Origin: Heptranchias perlo
Taxonomy: Eukaryota
Reading direction: 5' to 3'
DNA length: 64,000 nucleotides
Assembly (NCBI RefSeq): GCF_035084215.1
Contig: NC_090335.1
Span: forward strand, 39,246,001-39,310,000
Below the pieces are notes generated by a model, which made no database searches, was not told the DNA's origin, and saw only the letters and a program-made list of their open reading frames with translations. The translations under genes were made by a program, and so were the position numbers. Shown piece after piece: positions 13,701 through 28,700 of the stretch (the stretch's first letter is position 1; each line of letters starts with the position of its first letter).

Positions 13701-16700
13701 GGCACATGGGAACAACACCACCTGCACGTTCCCCTCCAAGTCACACACCATCCTGACTTGGAAATATATCGCCGTTCCTTCATCGTCGCTGGGTCAAAAT
13801 CCTGGAGCTCCCTTCCTAACAGCACTGTGGGAGAACCGTCACCACATGGACTGCAGCGGTTCAAGAAGGCGGCTCACCACCACCTTCTCAAGGGCAATTA
13901 GGAATGGGCAATAAATGCCGGCCTCGCCAGCGACGCCTACATCCCATGAACGAATAAAGAAAAAAAAAGCCTGCTCGCCTGAAAATGACCCGTTTATCCC
14001 TACTCTCTATTTTCTGTCCATTAACCAATCCTCTATCAATGCTAACATGTTACCCTCAACCCCATGAGCCCTTACCTTGTGTAACAACCTTTTATGTGGC
14101 ACCTTATCGATTGCCTTTGGAAAATCCAAATATACGACATCCACTGGTTTCTCTTTATCTACCCTGCTAGTTACATCCTCAAAAAACTCTAATAGGTTTG
14201 TTAAACACAATTTTCCTTTCATAAAATCATGTTGACTCTGCCTAATCATATTATGATTTTCTAACTGCCCCGTTACCACGTCCTTTATAATGGATTCCAG
14301 CATTTTCCCGACGACTGATGTCAGGCTAACTGGCCTGTCGTTCCCTGTTTTCTCTATCCCTCCTTTCTGAATAGTGGGATCACATTTGCTACCTTTCAAT
14401 CTGGTGGTACCGTTCTAGAATCTAGGGAATTTTGGAAGATTATAACCAATGCATCCACTGTCTCTGCAGCCACCTCTTTTAGTACCCTCGGATGTAAGCC
14501 AACAGGTCTAGGGTATTTATCAGCTTTTAGTCCCATTAGTTTCTCAAGTACTTTTCTCTACTGATATTAACTACTTTAAGTTCCTCATTCTCATTAGATC
14601 CGTGGTTCCCCACTATTTCTGGTTTGTTTTTTGTGTCTTCTACTGTGAAGACAGATACAAAATATTTGTTTAATGCATCTGCCATTTCCTGATTCCCCAT
14701 TATAATTTCTCCTGTCTCAGCCTTTAGGAGACCAACGTTTACTTTTGCTACTCTCTTCCTTTTTACATACTTGTCGAAGCTCTTACAATCCGTTTTTATT
14801 TTTCTTGCTAGTTTACTTTCATATTCTATTTTCTCTCTTTTGATCAATTTTTTGGTTCTCCTTTGCTGGTTTCTAAAACTCTCCCAACCTCAGGCTTACT
14901 ACTCTTCTTGGCAACATCGTCGGTCTCTTCTTTTAATCTAATACTCTCCTTAACTTCTTTGGTTAGCCACGGGGTGTGCTGGTGGGAATGGTTGTCTAAT
15001 TGTGATGCTCCAGGTGCCGTGGTTGTGTGGGGCAGGCTTGATGGACCCGCTGGTGTTTTCCTGCCCGTCGATTTCTTATGTGTGGAACCATTTGTATTCT
15101 TACATTTCGTCAAACCCATCTAATCCCAATTGATTGCAAATGTTCCTTGACTTTGGATCTATTAATAGAGATGATACTGTGATCCTATACTCCCAATGCA
15201 GAAGCTCCGCTGTCGCCCTAATTCTCTGACCTATGATCCCTGTGAGTAAAGTTTCCCACTGGGAGCACAAGATCATGGAATCCCCCTTAATATTCTCCTT
15301 AGTCACGATTTAACCTCACAATGAGTTTTTAAATTCAATTTGTATGAAATAAATTCCCCTCATATTTAATGTGAATTTTCTACCCATCACAAAAGAAAAG
15401 GATCAATTAATCAACACAACCTAAAGATCCTGGTTATATTTCTTCTTCTTCAAAATCTGTTCTGAACATGTAAAATAATTTTTTCATCTTATGTCTGTCT
15501 CTCAAAATACAATGTTGTATACAAGAGTAGGCCAGTAATTCTCTATTTTTAGAATGCCATTCGGGATGTAGGCGATATAAGGAGAAACAAATCAGTTATG
15601 ACCAGTTGACTGCTTCCTCTTTTGTTTTCAAACTACAAAGTAATTTTGAAAGCGGGAATCTCTCTCAACAGACAGTGGAAAGCCAAGTGTGAAAAATCAA
15701 ACATGCTTTTTGAAAATGAGAGAGGAAGCAATCAAATCATCAGCAAGTTAGTTTCTCCCCTTTGTTTTCTAATATGTCTCACAGAGCTCGACTCATATGG
15801 TTTAAAAAAGAGAAAAGATAATGGTCTGAGTTTAATTGCAAATTGTAAACAAGGCTGTATTACCAGACTGCAGATATTGCATCAAAACAAACCATTGTTT
15901 TCTTCCATTGAAAAGATCAGCAGCAGCTCCTCTCATTGCTCAGTGCAGAAACTTTCTACCCAGTGTGGAACTGAACCAGAAGATCATGATGATCTTAGGC
16001 ATGTTCTTGGTTTTTGCTGAGTTAGTTGATCTCTGCCATGATGGCAATAGGAGGGCTCCAATTGAACTCAATGCCCCAGGGCTTGGAAGGAAAAAAGAAT
16101 CAGTTAGGGTTCTCCCTCCTGACTGGGGTTCAGTGATGCCTGCTGGAAAGAGTATGTGTATAGACATGGAACACTGATACTACCATAGTTGAACAGCCTG
16201 CCAACGTTCACTGTCTGGGCTCACACGTAAAGAAGACCTATTTGAGAGAGGTAGCAGAGAGTACCAGAGAAGCCATACCCCAGCAGAGTCAGCATCTTTA
16301 GGAGAGGAGGGGCCAACATTTGAGTGAGTGGAGCGGGGGCAGAAAGGAACTATCAGCCACATGTATGAAACATTATTTTTATTAACTTAATGTTTTATGT
16401 AAGAAGCCCTATCTTGTAGCTGCTAAGTAACAACTTCAGTGCCAATGTGTTGTTTGGAAGCACACGAATATATAATCATTATGGTAGGGAAGCTGAGGCT
16501 TACACTTCAAGCTTTTGTGTGATTGGTGCATTTCCATAGTAATTTCAGTAATGCCCCTTGTTGAATAATCAGAAACAGTCAAGGTCGTGCTATTTTTCTG
16601 TTGTAGCTAAATTGTGTGACTTTGAAAAAGACCCAATCCTAGAAACTTTGATATTAATGGTTAAATGCTTGATGCGTTTGTATGAAATTAGTTTGTATAC

Positions 16701-19700
16701 TATTTTAACAAAGGTCTTAACCTGTTTATTTTAATGCATCTGTTAAAATAAAGAAATTTTCGAGAAGCCCGTTCAACATTCAGCCACTAATGTCAAGCAG
16801 GATAATTTCCAAGCCATGATTTCTTATTTTGCTGCAAATGGCTCTGCAGTTGAAGTCGCCATGCAAGGCTTCAAGTCCAACAAACAACAACTACATTTCC
16901 AATGATGCCTGAGAACCGTGATTTTCACTGATTCAAAATGGCTGTTGTAATTATTACATTGATTTATTGATGTTACATTTATTTTCTTTAAATTTAGTTT
17001 GAATTTTCCTAGAATCTCCATGGTACAGGATGACCCTGTGTCTTATTTTTCCATTGTGTAGGGGGACTCTCCACTGTATCATTCCATGACTCAAGATGAT
17101 TCTGGATCCTACTACTTGAGGGAAAGGATTGGTTGTGTGATCTACAACTCCAAGCCTTGTAGTTTGGTACATAAACCTGGGCCACCATTTTTCTATCAAA
17201 AGAAGAATTTCTTTTCATTGGAAAAATACTATAAGGGCAATTTTCCAAGGTCTTGCTTCTGGCAAACAAGGCTCTCTACTGGTAATGTGAAGTTGGAAAT
17301 GTATCCTTTGTGAGTCATTACTGTCTCTGAAGTTTACTGAAGTTAAAGAAAGTTAGACAGAAAGGAATTTTGTCACAGTCACGTAATAGCAGTTTACTCA
17401 CCTGAAGCTGGTGGTTTTTTCTTCAATTTCCATATCACCAATGCAACTATCATAATCACAACTGCAGCTCCAACAATTGATGCTGTTTGAAATAATGGTA
17501 ATATACGGTAATGCATTAATCACTGTCAAATGATGCTGCTGTTCATTATTTACTCATCACTTAAAAAGTGTGCATTTCCCTTTCAATGTTACTGGAGGAA
17601 GATCTCAGATACTGACAGTCCTCACCTGGGTACAGCTACTATAGAATTCTCACTTAATAGCTGCATCAAGGGCAAAAAAAAAACAAAGTGGCTGTTCAAG
17701 TAGTCAGATTAAAACAACTGCCATGATGGGTCAATAGCTTTAAATGGATTATAAATTCTAATTAAATCATAGGAAATATGATAAAATTAAGACAGTTCAG
17801 TGCAGAACTGCAGAACAGTGCAAACAAGATCAATTAATAGTATAAGGCCTCCATGATAATATAACATAGAGAACTGATAATTGTATAAGGTTGGAAGTTG
17901 TAGACTTAAAAAAAATACTCAATACATTCATATTTTCTTTTACATACCGAGCAACATTTTATACACTCAAGTTTTACAGAATCTTGTCAAAACAATAACA
18001 TTTATGATAAGGGATAATTAAGAATTAGCTAATAAAATTTGAAAGATAACAAACAAATTATACAGAAAGAAGATCTGGTTTGTATTATCACCTGAAATGT
18101 ATATTGATAAATTTCTCTTATGAAGATGATTCACCTTGACAATGTTGTCACCTGTTAATGACAATAAAACTTAATAACCACTTTTTAAAAATATCCACTG
18201 TTATTATTTATTCATCATTAAACAGTGCACCAAAATTTAAAGGCCTGATTGTGTGCAGTCCTCAGATTTTTTACTTTGGTATGAGATTCCTGACCATGTG
18301 CTATGAATCAGAGTGGGAAATCAATCTAGGAACATCGGAACAGGAGTCGGTCATTCAGCCCCTTAAGCCTGTTCTGCCTTTCAATTAGATCATGGTTTAT
18401 CTTTACCTCAACTCCATTTACCTGCCTTTCATCCATATCTATCAATCTCAGTTTTGAAAATTTTAATTGAGTGAGTTAGCTGCTCATTATAAACTCCAAA
18501 CAATTTACCTTTCTATTGACTTCATTGGGAAGGAAATTTGGACGGGGTGTATAATGGGTGGCCGATCTGATAGTGCTCATTTTACACCCCGCCAAAGTTG
18601 AACGTTCCAGTGATAGTCACTGTTGTTATGTTGGCAAACATAGCAGCCAATTTGTGCCCTGCAAGGTCCCACAAACAGTGTGTGAGATGAATGGCTAGAT
18701 AATTTGATTTGTTTCGGTGGTGTTTGTTGAGGGAGGAATGTTGGCCAGGACACTAGAACAACTCTTTGCTCTTCTTTGCATAGTGCCATGAAATGTTTTT
18801 GTCCACCTAAACAGGCAACTTAATCTGGTGGTTGGCACCTCCAACAGTGCAGCATTCCCTCAGCACTGCACCTGAATCTTGTCTACCTGTCCAGATGGAA
18901 GTAAAAGGTCCCATCGCACTATTTGAAGAAGATCTTGGTATCCTAGGGGAGGAGGGACCCAACACCCTCCCTGGAAATGGCCACTTGCATCAGACTCTCT
19001 GGGCCCCCTAAAATTGTGGGTGCCTTAGATGTACCCTCAGTGGCATGGCATGCACACCACTGTCATTCAAAGCAGGGAACCTCTCCCTGTTTCCATGAAC
19101 TTAGCTGGCGTCAGAGACGGAGGTCCTGGGCGGGCGTGTCTCAGCACTTACTCCAGGATGTACCCCCCCATCCCCATGTGTTCTATTGTGTGCTGTTTCC
19201 ACTTGAGCTGAATCCGATACCAAAGGTTTCTATTGAACCCCTGGGCTTGCTACTGTAACAAATATTTGGCGAATAAAGGTATATTCTGATTGGTAGGTAT
19301 AAGGGCTCGTTTACAGGAGCAGTCTTTGGTGCTGAGTACATGAAAATATCCGAGCAAAAACTTATTATAAGAACTTATCTTTTGTTCTTCACGTTATATA
19401 AACCTATAAGCTTAAGTATCGTGTTAGTTTATGTCATTCAGAGCAATTTGTAAATATAGGATATTTTCTAAAACGCTATCTTTACCTTTTACATCCAAAT
19501 ATATTTTACCCTCCAGTTTTCCATTTGGAAAGGTCTGAAATATGCAGGAATACCAGCCTTTGTCCGATTCGAGAGCTTCTTTGATTATGATTGTGGAATG
19601 TTGTCCACTGATTTTCATTGTTACTCGCTGATTGTACACGTTATGAGATGTATCATTTTGGGATGAACTGTACACAGCAAGTTTTGTGTTGTTACTGGAT

Positions 19701-22700
19701 TTCTCCCATTGAACTAATACTATCTTGTCATCTTTACCAGAAGCTTCACAGTGTAAGGCAACTGAACTACCCTTTGCAACGGTTATATTCCCATTAGTTT
19801 TAAGTTCTCTTGTTTGGACACCTAGATAGAAAAGAAAGAGAATTAAGATATTATAAAATCACTTTGTAATAACTTTAATAATAATAATCAGATACAATAC
19901 TACAAATGCAGTAATTACTGATGTAACAGAAAGAAAGACTTGCATTTATATATAGCACCTCTCACATCATCAGGGCATCTCACAGAGCTACATAGCCAGT
20001 GAAGTACTTTTGAAGTGTAATCACTGTTGTTTTGTAGGGCCGTGAATTTCCTCAGAGCTGCTCCTGCTCCGTTGTAGTAAATTCACTGGAAACACTGTTT
20101 ATTTGCATAAACGAGGTTTCTGTCATACTTCTGGCAAAGTTACTCCGATGGAGCGGGAGCATCTCCGAGGAAATGCCTGGCCTAGATGAACGCAACAGCC
20201 AATTTCTACACTGAAAGCTCCCACAAAGAGTATTGAGATGAAAATCTGCTTTTGTGGTTTCGGTTATGCAATGTAAGTTGGCCAAAACACCAGAAGAATT
20301 TGAAGCGCATTGAAACACTACCACTGGATTTTTTACATCAACCTGATGAGACAAATAAGGCCTCAGTTTAACACCTTATCCATTAAAGGTGGCACCTTTG
20401 ACAGTGTAACACTCCCTCAGCACTGCACTTGAGCCAGAAATCTTGTACCAAGCCTATCCTTATACTAAGTCGCTTGTATTATCAGTTACAAGTTTGAGAA
20501 AGATATAACTTGGACTTAGTCAATGCTGTGTGATTGGTTAATTTTGTATTTGATTGACATAATTCCTATATTTTAATTAGTATTTATAATCCATTTAATG
20601 CTTATTGACCCATCATGGGTGCATCATCATTTACAGTGAGATGGCAATTGTTTTGATTCTGACTGCTTCAACAGACACTGGGGTAGATTTTGACATTGTG
20701 CGATAGTGTAAAACGGGTGATAGCAGATCGGCAGCCCGTTTTACATTGCTCCCGATTTTTATATCCATTGATTTGTAGGGAAATAAAAATCGGGAGAGGT
20801 GTAAAACGGGCTGCCGATCACTATCACTTGTTTTACACTATCGCACAAAGTCAAGATCGACCACACTTTTTTCCCCTTACTGCAGCTATTAAGTGAGAAT
20901 TCTATGGTAGCTGTACTCAGGTAAGGACTGTCAGTAGCTGAGAGCTTCCCTCTGTAACATTGAAAGGGAAATGCACACTTTTTAAGGGATGAGTAAATAA
21001 TGAACAGCAGCATCATTTTACAGTGATTATGTATTACGGTATATTAACATTATTTCAAACAGTATCAATTGTTGGAGCTGCAGTTGTGGTCAGGGACAGG
21101 AGGATGTGACTGCGAGTCAGGCAGGTATGGGGACCCCAGATGCAGTGGTGGCGGATCCTCAGCCTTTGCCCTTGTCCAACAGGTACGAGGAACTTGCTAT
21201 CTGTGTGGATGAGAACAAGGAGTGCAGGGAGGATGGGCAAATTTACCATGGCACCGTGGTACAGTAAACCATTCAAGTGGGGGGAGCAAAAAGGAATGTG
21301 GTAGTGTTGGGGGATAGTATAGCCAGGGGGTAGATACTGTCCTTTGCAGCCGCGACTGGGAGTCCCAAAGGCAGTGTTGCCTGCCTGGTGCCAGGGTTAA
21401 GGACATCTCCTTGCGGCTGGAGAAGAGCTTGACGCAGGAGGGGGAGGATCCAGTTGTTGTGGTGCATGTAGGTAGAACTAAGAATGAGGTTCTGCTGAGG
21501 GAGTTTGAGGAGCTAGGGTCCAAATTAAAAAGCAGAACTCAGAGGCAATAATCTCTGGATTACTACCTGAGGCATGCGCAAATTGGCACAGGGTCAAACA
21601 GAATAGATGGTTAAATGTGTGGCTGAAAGAGTGGTGTGGGAGACAGGGGTTTCAATTCATGGGACACTGGCACCAGTACTGGGGAAAGAGGGAGCTGTTC
21701 TATTGGGACGGGCTCCACTTAAACCTGGCTGGGACCAGTGTCCTGGCAAATTGAATAACTAGGGTGGTAGATAGGGCTTTAAACTAACAAGGGGGCGGGG
21801 GATGGTTCAGGTAAGGGTAAATTTATAAGTCTAATGAGAAAAGTCAAGGCTGTAGAGCATAATAATGATTTGGGTAAAAACAAGCAGAGTGTGTCAGGAA
21901 GGAACAGAGAGTTTAACAAGGGTAATAGGGCATTGGTGACTAAGGTCACATCAGGAAAAAATAGTAAAAAGTTAAAATTAAAGGTGCTTTATCTGAATGC
22001 ATGAAGCATTCGTAACAAGATAGATGAATTAATGGCAGAAACAGAGATAAGCAGATTTGATCTGGTAGCCATTACTGAGATGTGGTTGCAGGGTGATCAA
22101 GGTTGGGAACTAAGTATTCCACGGTAATTGACTTTTAGAAAAGATAAGCAAAATGGAAAAGGATGGCGGGGGGCGGGTTACCTTGATAATAAAGGATGAG
22201 ATAAAGGCAGTAGTGAGAACAGATCTTAGCTCAGAAAGTCAGGATGTAGAATCAGTATGGGTGGATCTAAGAAATAACAGGGGGCAGAAAACACTGGGGG
22301 AATAGTTAACAGGCTCTTTAACGTAGTTATAGTGTTGGACAGAGTATAAATCAGGAAATTAGAGGCATATGTAACAAGGGTAATGCAATAATTGTGGGGG
22401 ACTTTAATCTTCATGTAGACTGGGCAAACCAAATTGGCAAAAGTAGTTTGGAGGACAAGTTCATGGAATGCATTTGAGATAGTTTTCTAGAACAATATGT
22501 CAAGGAATCGACTAGGGAACAGGCTATTTTAGATCTAGTATTGTGTAATGAGACAGTGTTAATTAGTAATCTTATAGTTAAGGATCCTCTGGGGAGAGTG
22601 ATCATAATATGATAGAATTTCACATTGAATTTGAGAGTGATATAGTTAAGTCCGAAACTAGGGTCTTAAATTTGAACAAAGCCAATTATGTAGGTGTGAA

Positions 22701-25700
22701 GGACGAGTTGGCTTAAGTAGATTTGGAGATTAGATTAAAAGATATGATGGTAGATAAGCAATGACGAACATTTAAAGAAATAATTCATAATTCTCAATGA
22801 ATATACATTCCCTTGAGGAATAAAAACTGCACAGGAAAGGTGGTCCAACTGTGGCGAACTAGAGATTAAGGAGAGTATTAGATGAAAAGAAGAGGCTTAC
22901 AATGCTGTCAAAAGAGTAGTAAACCTGAGGATTGGGAGGGTTTTAGAAATCAGCAAAGGATGACCAAGAAATTGATAAAGAGGGAGAAAATTGAATATTA
23001 GTGTAAACTAGCAAGAAATATGAAAACAGATTGTAAGAGCTTCTACAAGTATGTAAAAAGGAAGAGATTAGCGAAAATAAACGTGGGTCCCTCAGGGGCA
23101 GAGACTGAATAAAATATAATGGGGAGTAAGGAAATGGCAGAGATGTTAAACAAATGTATCTGTCTTCACAGTAGAAGACACAAGAAACATACCGGAAATA
23201 GTGGGGAACCAAGGGTCCAATGAGAGTGAAGAACTTAATGTAATTAAGATTAGTAAAGAAAAAGTACTGGAGAAATTAATGGAACTAAAAGCCAACAAAT
23301 CTCCTGGACCTGATGGCCTGCATCCTAGGGCTTTAAAAGAGGTGGCTGCAGAAATAGTGGATTCATTGATTTTGATCTTCCAGAATACCCTAGATTCTAG
23401 AATGGTCCCCGTGGATTGGAAGGTAGCAAACGTAATCCTGCTATTCAAGAAAGTAGGGGGAGAGAAAACAGGCCAGTAGACATCAGTAGTAGGGAAAAAG
23501 CTAGAATCTATTATTAAGGACATAGTAACAGGGCACTTAGAAAATCATAGTATGATTAGGCAGGATCAACACGATTTTATGAAAAGGAAATCGTGTTTGA
23601 CAAATCTATTAGAGTTTTTTGAGGGTGTAACTAATAGGGTAGATAAGGGGGAACCAGCGGATGTAGTACATTTGGATTTTCAAATGGCATTTGATAAGGT
23701 GCCACACAAGAGGTTATTACACAAGATTAGGGCTCATGGGATAGGGGGTAATATATTAGCATGGATTGAGGATTGGTTGACGGACAGAAAACAGAGAGTA
23801 GGAATAAACGGGCCATTTTTGGGTTGGCAGATTGTAACTAGCGGGGTGCCGCAAGGATCAGTGCTTGGGCTGTTTACAATATATATCAATGACTTAGATG
23901 AGGGGACTGAGTGTGTATCCAAGTTGCTGATGATACAATGCTAGGTGAGAAAGTAAGCTGTGAGAAGGATGCAAAGAGGCTGCAAAGGGATATAGACAGG
24001 TTAAAAATTGTAATAGTGTATATAATTATGAGGTGCCTAGATAGAGTGGACAGGAAGGACCTATTTCCCTTAGCAGAGAGGTCAATAACCAGGAGGCATA
24101 GATTTAAAGTAATGGGTAGAAGGATTAGAGGGGAGCTGAGGAGAAATATTTTCACCCAGAGGGTGGTGGGGGTCTGGAACTCAATACCTGAAAAGATGGT
24201 AGAGGCAGAAACCCTGAACTCATTTTAAAAAGTACTTGGATATGCATTTGAAGTGCCGAAACCTACAAGGCTACGGACCAAATGCTGGAAAGTGGGATTA
24301 GGTTGAGTAGCTCTTTTTCGACCGGCACGGATACGATAGGCCAAATGGCCTCGTTTTATGCCGTAAATTTTCTATGTTTCTATGTTTAAGTGAGTGGGCA
24401 AGAAGTTGGCAGATGGAGTATAATGCGGTGAAATTATCCACTTTGGTCAGAAAAATAGAAAAGCAGAATATTTTTTAAAAGATGAGAGACTAAGAAATGT
24501 TGGTATTCAGAGGGATTTGTGTGTCCTTGTACACAAATCACAGAAAGTTAACATGCAACACAGCAAGCAATTAGGAAGACAAATGGTATGTTAGCCTTTA
24601 TTGCAAGGGGGTTGGAGTATAAGAGTAAGGAGGTCTTACTCTTATACTCCAAATGAATGGGCCTATATTCTCTAGTTTAGAAGAATGAGAGGTGATCTCA
24701 TTGAAACATATAAAATTCTTAGAGGGCTTTACAGGGTAGATGCTGAGAGGCATCTAGTTTATCAATTATCTCCTTCCTATCTTTTTTAAATGTCTTGATA
24801 TCCTTTTTGATCTCTTCTTGTAATATCATATCCATGTTGTTAGTCTCCCTGGTAAAAACTGAAGCAAAGTAACTATTCAATTTTTTTCCTCCAATTCTAG
24901 TGTTTCAAGTTCACATTGAGTAAAACTCAGGTAAGAGATATATAAGCCCCGATTTTAGCTAGGGGTGGCAGTTGTACGGGTGAGCGCTGAGATGGGTGGT
25001 AAACCGTCCCGACCTAGGCAGCATGAGGCCCGGGAGATTTTAATTCCAGGTTTCATCTGCGTAGGCCCAGTCCAGCTCCCACCCAAAACCAGTGGGACAC
25101 TGCAAATGGCTGATGGGCAGGAATGTCGTGTGGTAGGATGCTGCCTCCAGGGAGCAAAGGAATGATCCCCATCTCTCGTTTGTCGCCGGGAGATGTTCTG
25201 GAAGGGCCTCACCATTGGGGGAGGAAGCCGGGGCAGAAGAGGCTAAACTTTCCCTGTGGGGCCCGAAGGAGCACTCCTGCTCCTCTTGGCCCGACAACGA
25301 AAGTCAAAAAAAAGCAAAACATACCTTTTTTTGGCCTCTTCTGCCTCTGAATCTTCATTTATTTTCAAAATTTCATCTGTTTAATATTTCTGGAAAATTT
25401 TATTTACAATGTCGTTATACGTTGTGACCAGGGGAATACTTATCCCTCGTTGCCTAACAGGGCAGGCCAGATAGCCTGTTGCCAAGTTGCCGTTGACTGA
25501 CAACCGGGAAGCATGGGAGGGCAGCCCATTCAAGATCCCATCTTAATATTCCCTCTGCAGTGCAGTGTGATCACAATATAATTACAGATGAGGAAGGCCA
25601 TTTAACTCACCTTAATTCATCCATGCAGATAAATCCTAATGACGTCCCACTCAGATTCCAATTGTTTTGTAAAATTTTCTAGGGTTTTGCCCTCCACTAC

Positions 25701-28700
25701 CATTCCTAGATGTCTACTCCATACATTGATCACTCTCTGTGTGAAGAAGGATTTCCTGACATCAGTTTTAAATTGACCTTTTACTAGTTTGAATGTGTGT
25801 CTCCATGCTCTATTCTCCTAACTACATTTAAAGTAAGAGTCTGGATTTACCTTTTTTATTTTCTTAATTATCTTATATACCTGTAAAGGTCACCTTTTAC
25901 ATGCCTTCTTTCTAGGCTGAAAAGCCCAAGTCCATCCAATCTTTCCTCATTGCTCATTCCTTTGACACTTGAGGTCAACCTCATGGCTCTTCTCTGCACT
26001 GCCTCTATCGCTTGAATGTCACCATTGTGCGTCAACAACCATAACCGGATGCAGTACCCAACATGTGGTCTGACCAGAGCACTATACAGTTTGGTCATGT
26101 CTTCCGTAACTGTTTTAGCTATTTCGTTTAACATTCAATCATTCAATTGACTTTGTTGATTGCTACTCTGCATTGGTCGGATATGTTTGAGACGAGTCTA
26201 GTAAGACCTCTAGGTCCCTTTCAGCTTTGTCCTTGGCTATATCACTACCATTCATGGAGTACATGTTTTTCTTATTTTATTTTTCTTATTTGCACTTGTC
26301 TGCATTTTATTTCATCTGCTGTTGCTCTGCCCACATACATATTTTATCCAACTCAGTCTGTAACTTCTGAACTGCCTCCTCTGAATCCATTGCCCCTTCT
26401 GATTTTATATTGTCTGCAAATTTAAGGTTTCTGAACCTAAGACATTTATTTAATTTAGAAACACTAGTGGTCCCAACATCAGGCCCTGTGCCACAACACG
26501 CAGTACTTCCCCAACCCAACATAATTCCTCCACTGGGAACTTGTTTCCTATCCTTCAGCTTATTTCTTTTCTATTTTCAGGTTTTAACTTGAACCTCTAC
26601 AGCTTTGAGTTTAAATAAGTCTTTTGTGTGGAAATTTGTCAAATACCTTTTGGAAGTCCAAGTACACAACTACTAGGCTTAACTGCTGTTTACTAGGTTA
26701 TTAATGTACAGACAATCTCCAAGTTTACTCCTGATAGTTGATTCCACCTGGAATCTTTTTGTTTTTTGTGATTGCATTGGTAGTTTAAGAGGTTTTCTTA
26801 CCTTTCTTACTACTTTTATCAACTTTAATTCATCCATTATTCCCATTTCCTTTGCTCCCCTCGGTACTTCCTTGATTTCATGGCAGTCCTATCCCCGATT
26901 GTACTGAACTCAGCAGAGTATATGATTGAACCTGTAACCCTCCATTGTGAAGCACTGTGCACTAGTGTTTCAATGCACTTTAACATTGCACTGCCCTGAC
27001 TATACTTTATCATTGAATCATGTATCAAATTGTCACCAATATTAAAAGATATTAAATTATGGTGATAGTTATATTAGTTTTATTGCTGAATTAAATGAAA
27101 TTTTATACTAATGATTTATGGATTAAAATGGAAACAGTCCAAAGCTTTATACATTCTTCGTCCAGTCAAGCAGGTTTTAAAGAAACCTTCTTTGTTTAAT
27201 GTATGAGAATATTGTTATAATTTGGCTAGATTTCCTTTTATCCGATCAGGCAAAAATATCTGATTGGATCTTGTCAATTGTGACAAACGAGTTTGTCAAA
27301 GTATCTGAAACCCAAAAAGGGAAAAGATTTATATTTTGAAACGTATTGAACTGGGATTTCTCAAAGCTATAGACTAAAGCGATTGATTATAAGTGATCAG
27401 AGACCCTACGTGTGATGGTTAGCAGTTGGGCAGTTGAGTAAATGCAAAAAGAAGGAAGAATGGGTCTGAAATGTCACTTTTTGGCACAGTCCCACCATAT
27501 CTCTTTGGTGAGATGAGCAGCTGAACTCCTGGGTGGGTGTATCCTGGCGCTTAACACTGGGATGCACTCACCCACAGATTTTAATCCCCGAACTTGTGCG
27601 CTACTACACAATAATTAACATTTTATTTTTAAGTGTTTAGAGACATTTTTGACAACAAAATTCAGTACATAGTTTCTATCTAGTGCCTTTTAACAAGTAT
27701 TGTATTGTATTGATACGTACAATAACAACATGAAATATGACTTTTCAGAGAAGAAGATGAAAGATATTTTAGCTGCACCACTCCATTTGAATAATAATGG
27801 CCACAAAGACACTTAAAAAATATTTCTCAGCACAATGAACAGATGACTAGATCAATTGTTACTTCACCAAAGAAAGGGACAGAAGCACACTTGAACTGTT
27901 TCTACACATGGATATTTTATCAGTTTAATGTCTTACTGCAGTACCACTTTGACTATAGAAGTTAGATTCTGTATTGTTACATTATGGTTAATCATGTTTA
28001 GAACTGCACAAGTTTAATTACGGAACTTTGATCTTGTTTCACTAATATTAATCATTTGTAAAATGTAGCATGTTGTAATATTTTGTAAATAATGTAAAAT
28101 TATTTCATTTTGTTTAGCCGTACATGTATCATGTCAAATACTTGATGTCACTATTCGGGTTGCAGAGTACTTTTAAGAATTACTAGCTTGAGTCTTTCAA
28201 ATTTTATCACAATACAGTTAAATCTAGATAGAAATCTGGACTTGTTCTTCTCCTGCAAATACTTTATTCCTCCGCGTTCATCGGCAAAGACAGGCATTGT
28301 TATGAAATTTATTCTATCACTTGTACTATTCAACACTAACTAGAAGAAAGAGAAATGAAAAGAGATACAAAGGGTGATTAATTAGAATGACAAACTACAA
28401 AGAATAAGAGATATAGAACACACCAATTAAGAAAATGATAACCAAATTTAAGCTAGCTAGCTAGCTACATTAGCAGGTGGATGAACAGATAGAATTTTGC
28501 AAACTATTTTGTAGATTATGTGTGAATAAATGATAATCTGTGGCAACTATACAGTGCACTTAATACAATGATAAAGTGACTTTTTATTTCAATAGTTATG
28601 AGTACAATCAAGCGTCAAAGTGTTTCATTTGCTCTTAGACCAACAGATCTTATATTAATGGATAAACTTTAAAAACTTCACATTGTATATTATTTTAAAT

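Larger units (their letters stand above)
8645..14970 (-). mobile_element. 5'-truncated CR1 LINE, split by a Harbinger element and a second LINE
   Basis: RT fragments 8734-9523, 11588-11743 and 13969-14970 join colinearly once the insertions are removed; tail at ~8645 (taagaacataagaa). Confidence 0.9.

Noticed and set aside
15622-16362. Overlapping 60-130 aa ORFs in unique sequence
   Set aside because: No recognisable domain or consistent splice structure; intronic to the receptor model
17009-17337. Cytoplasmic exon immediately after the TM exon
   Set aside because: Implied intron is only 65-75 nt, the two possible acceptors give unrelated motif-free peptides, and nothing discriminates between them; left unresolved
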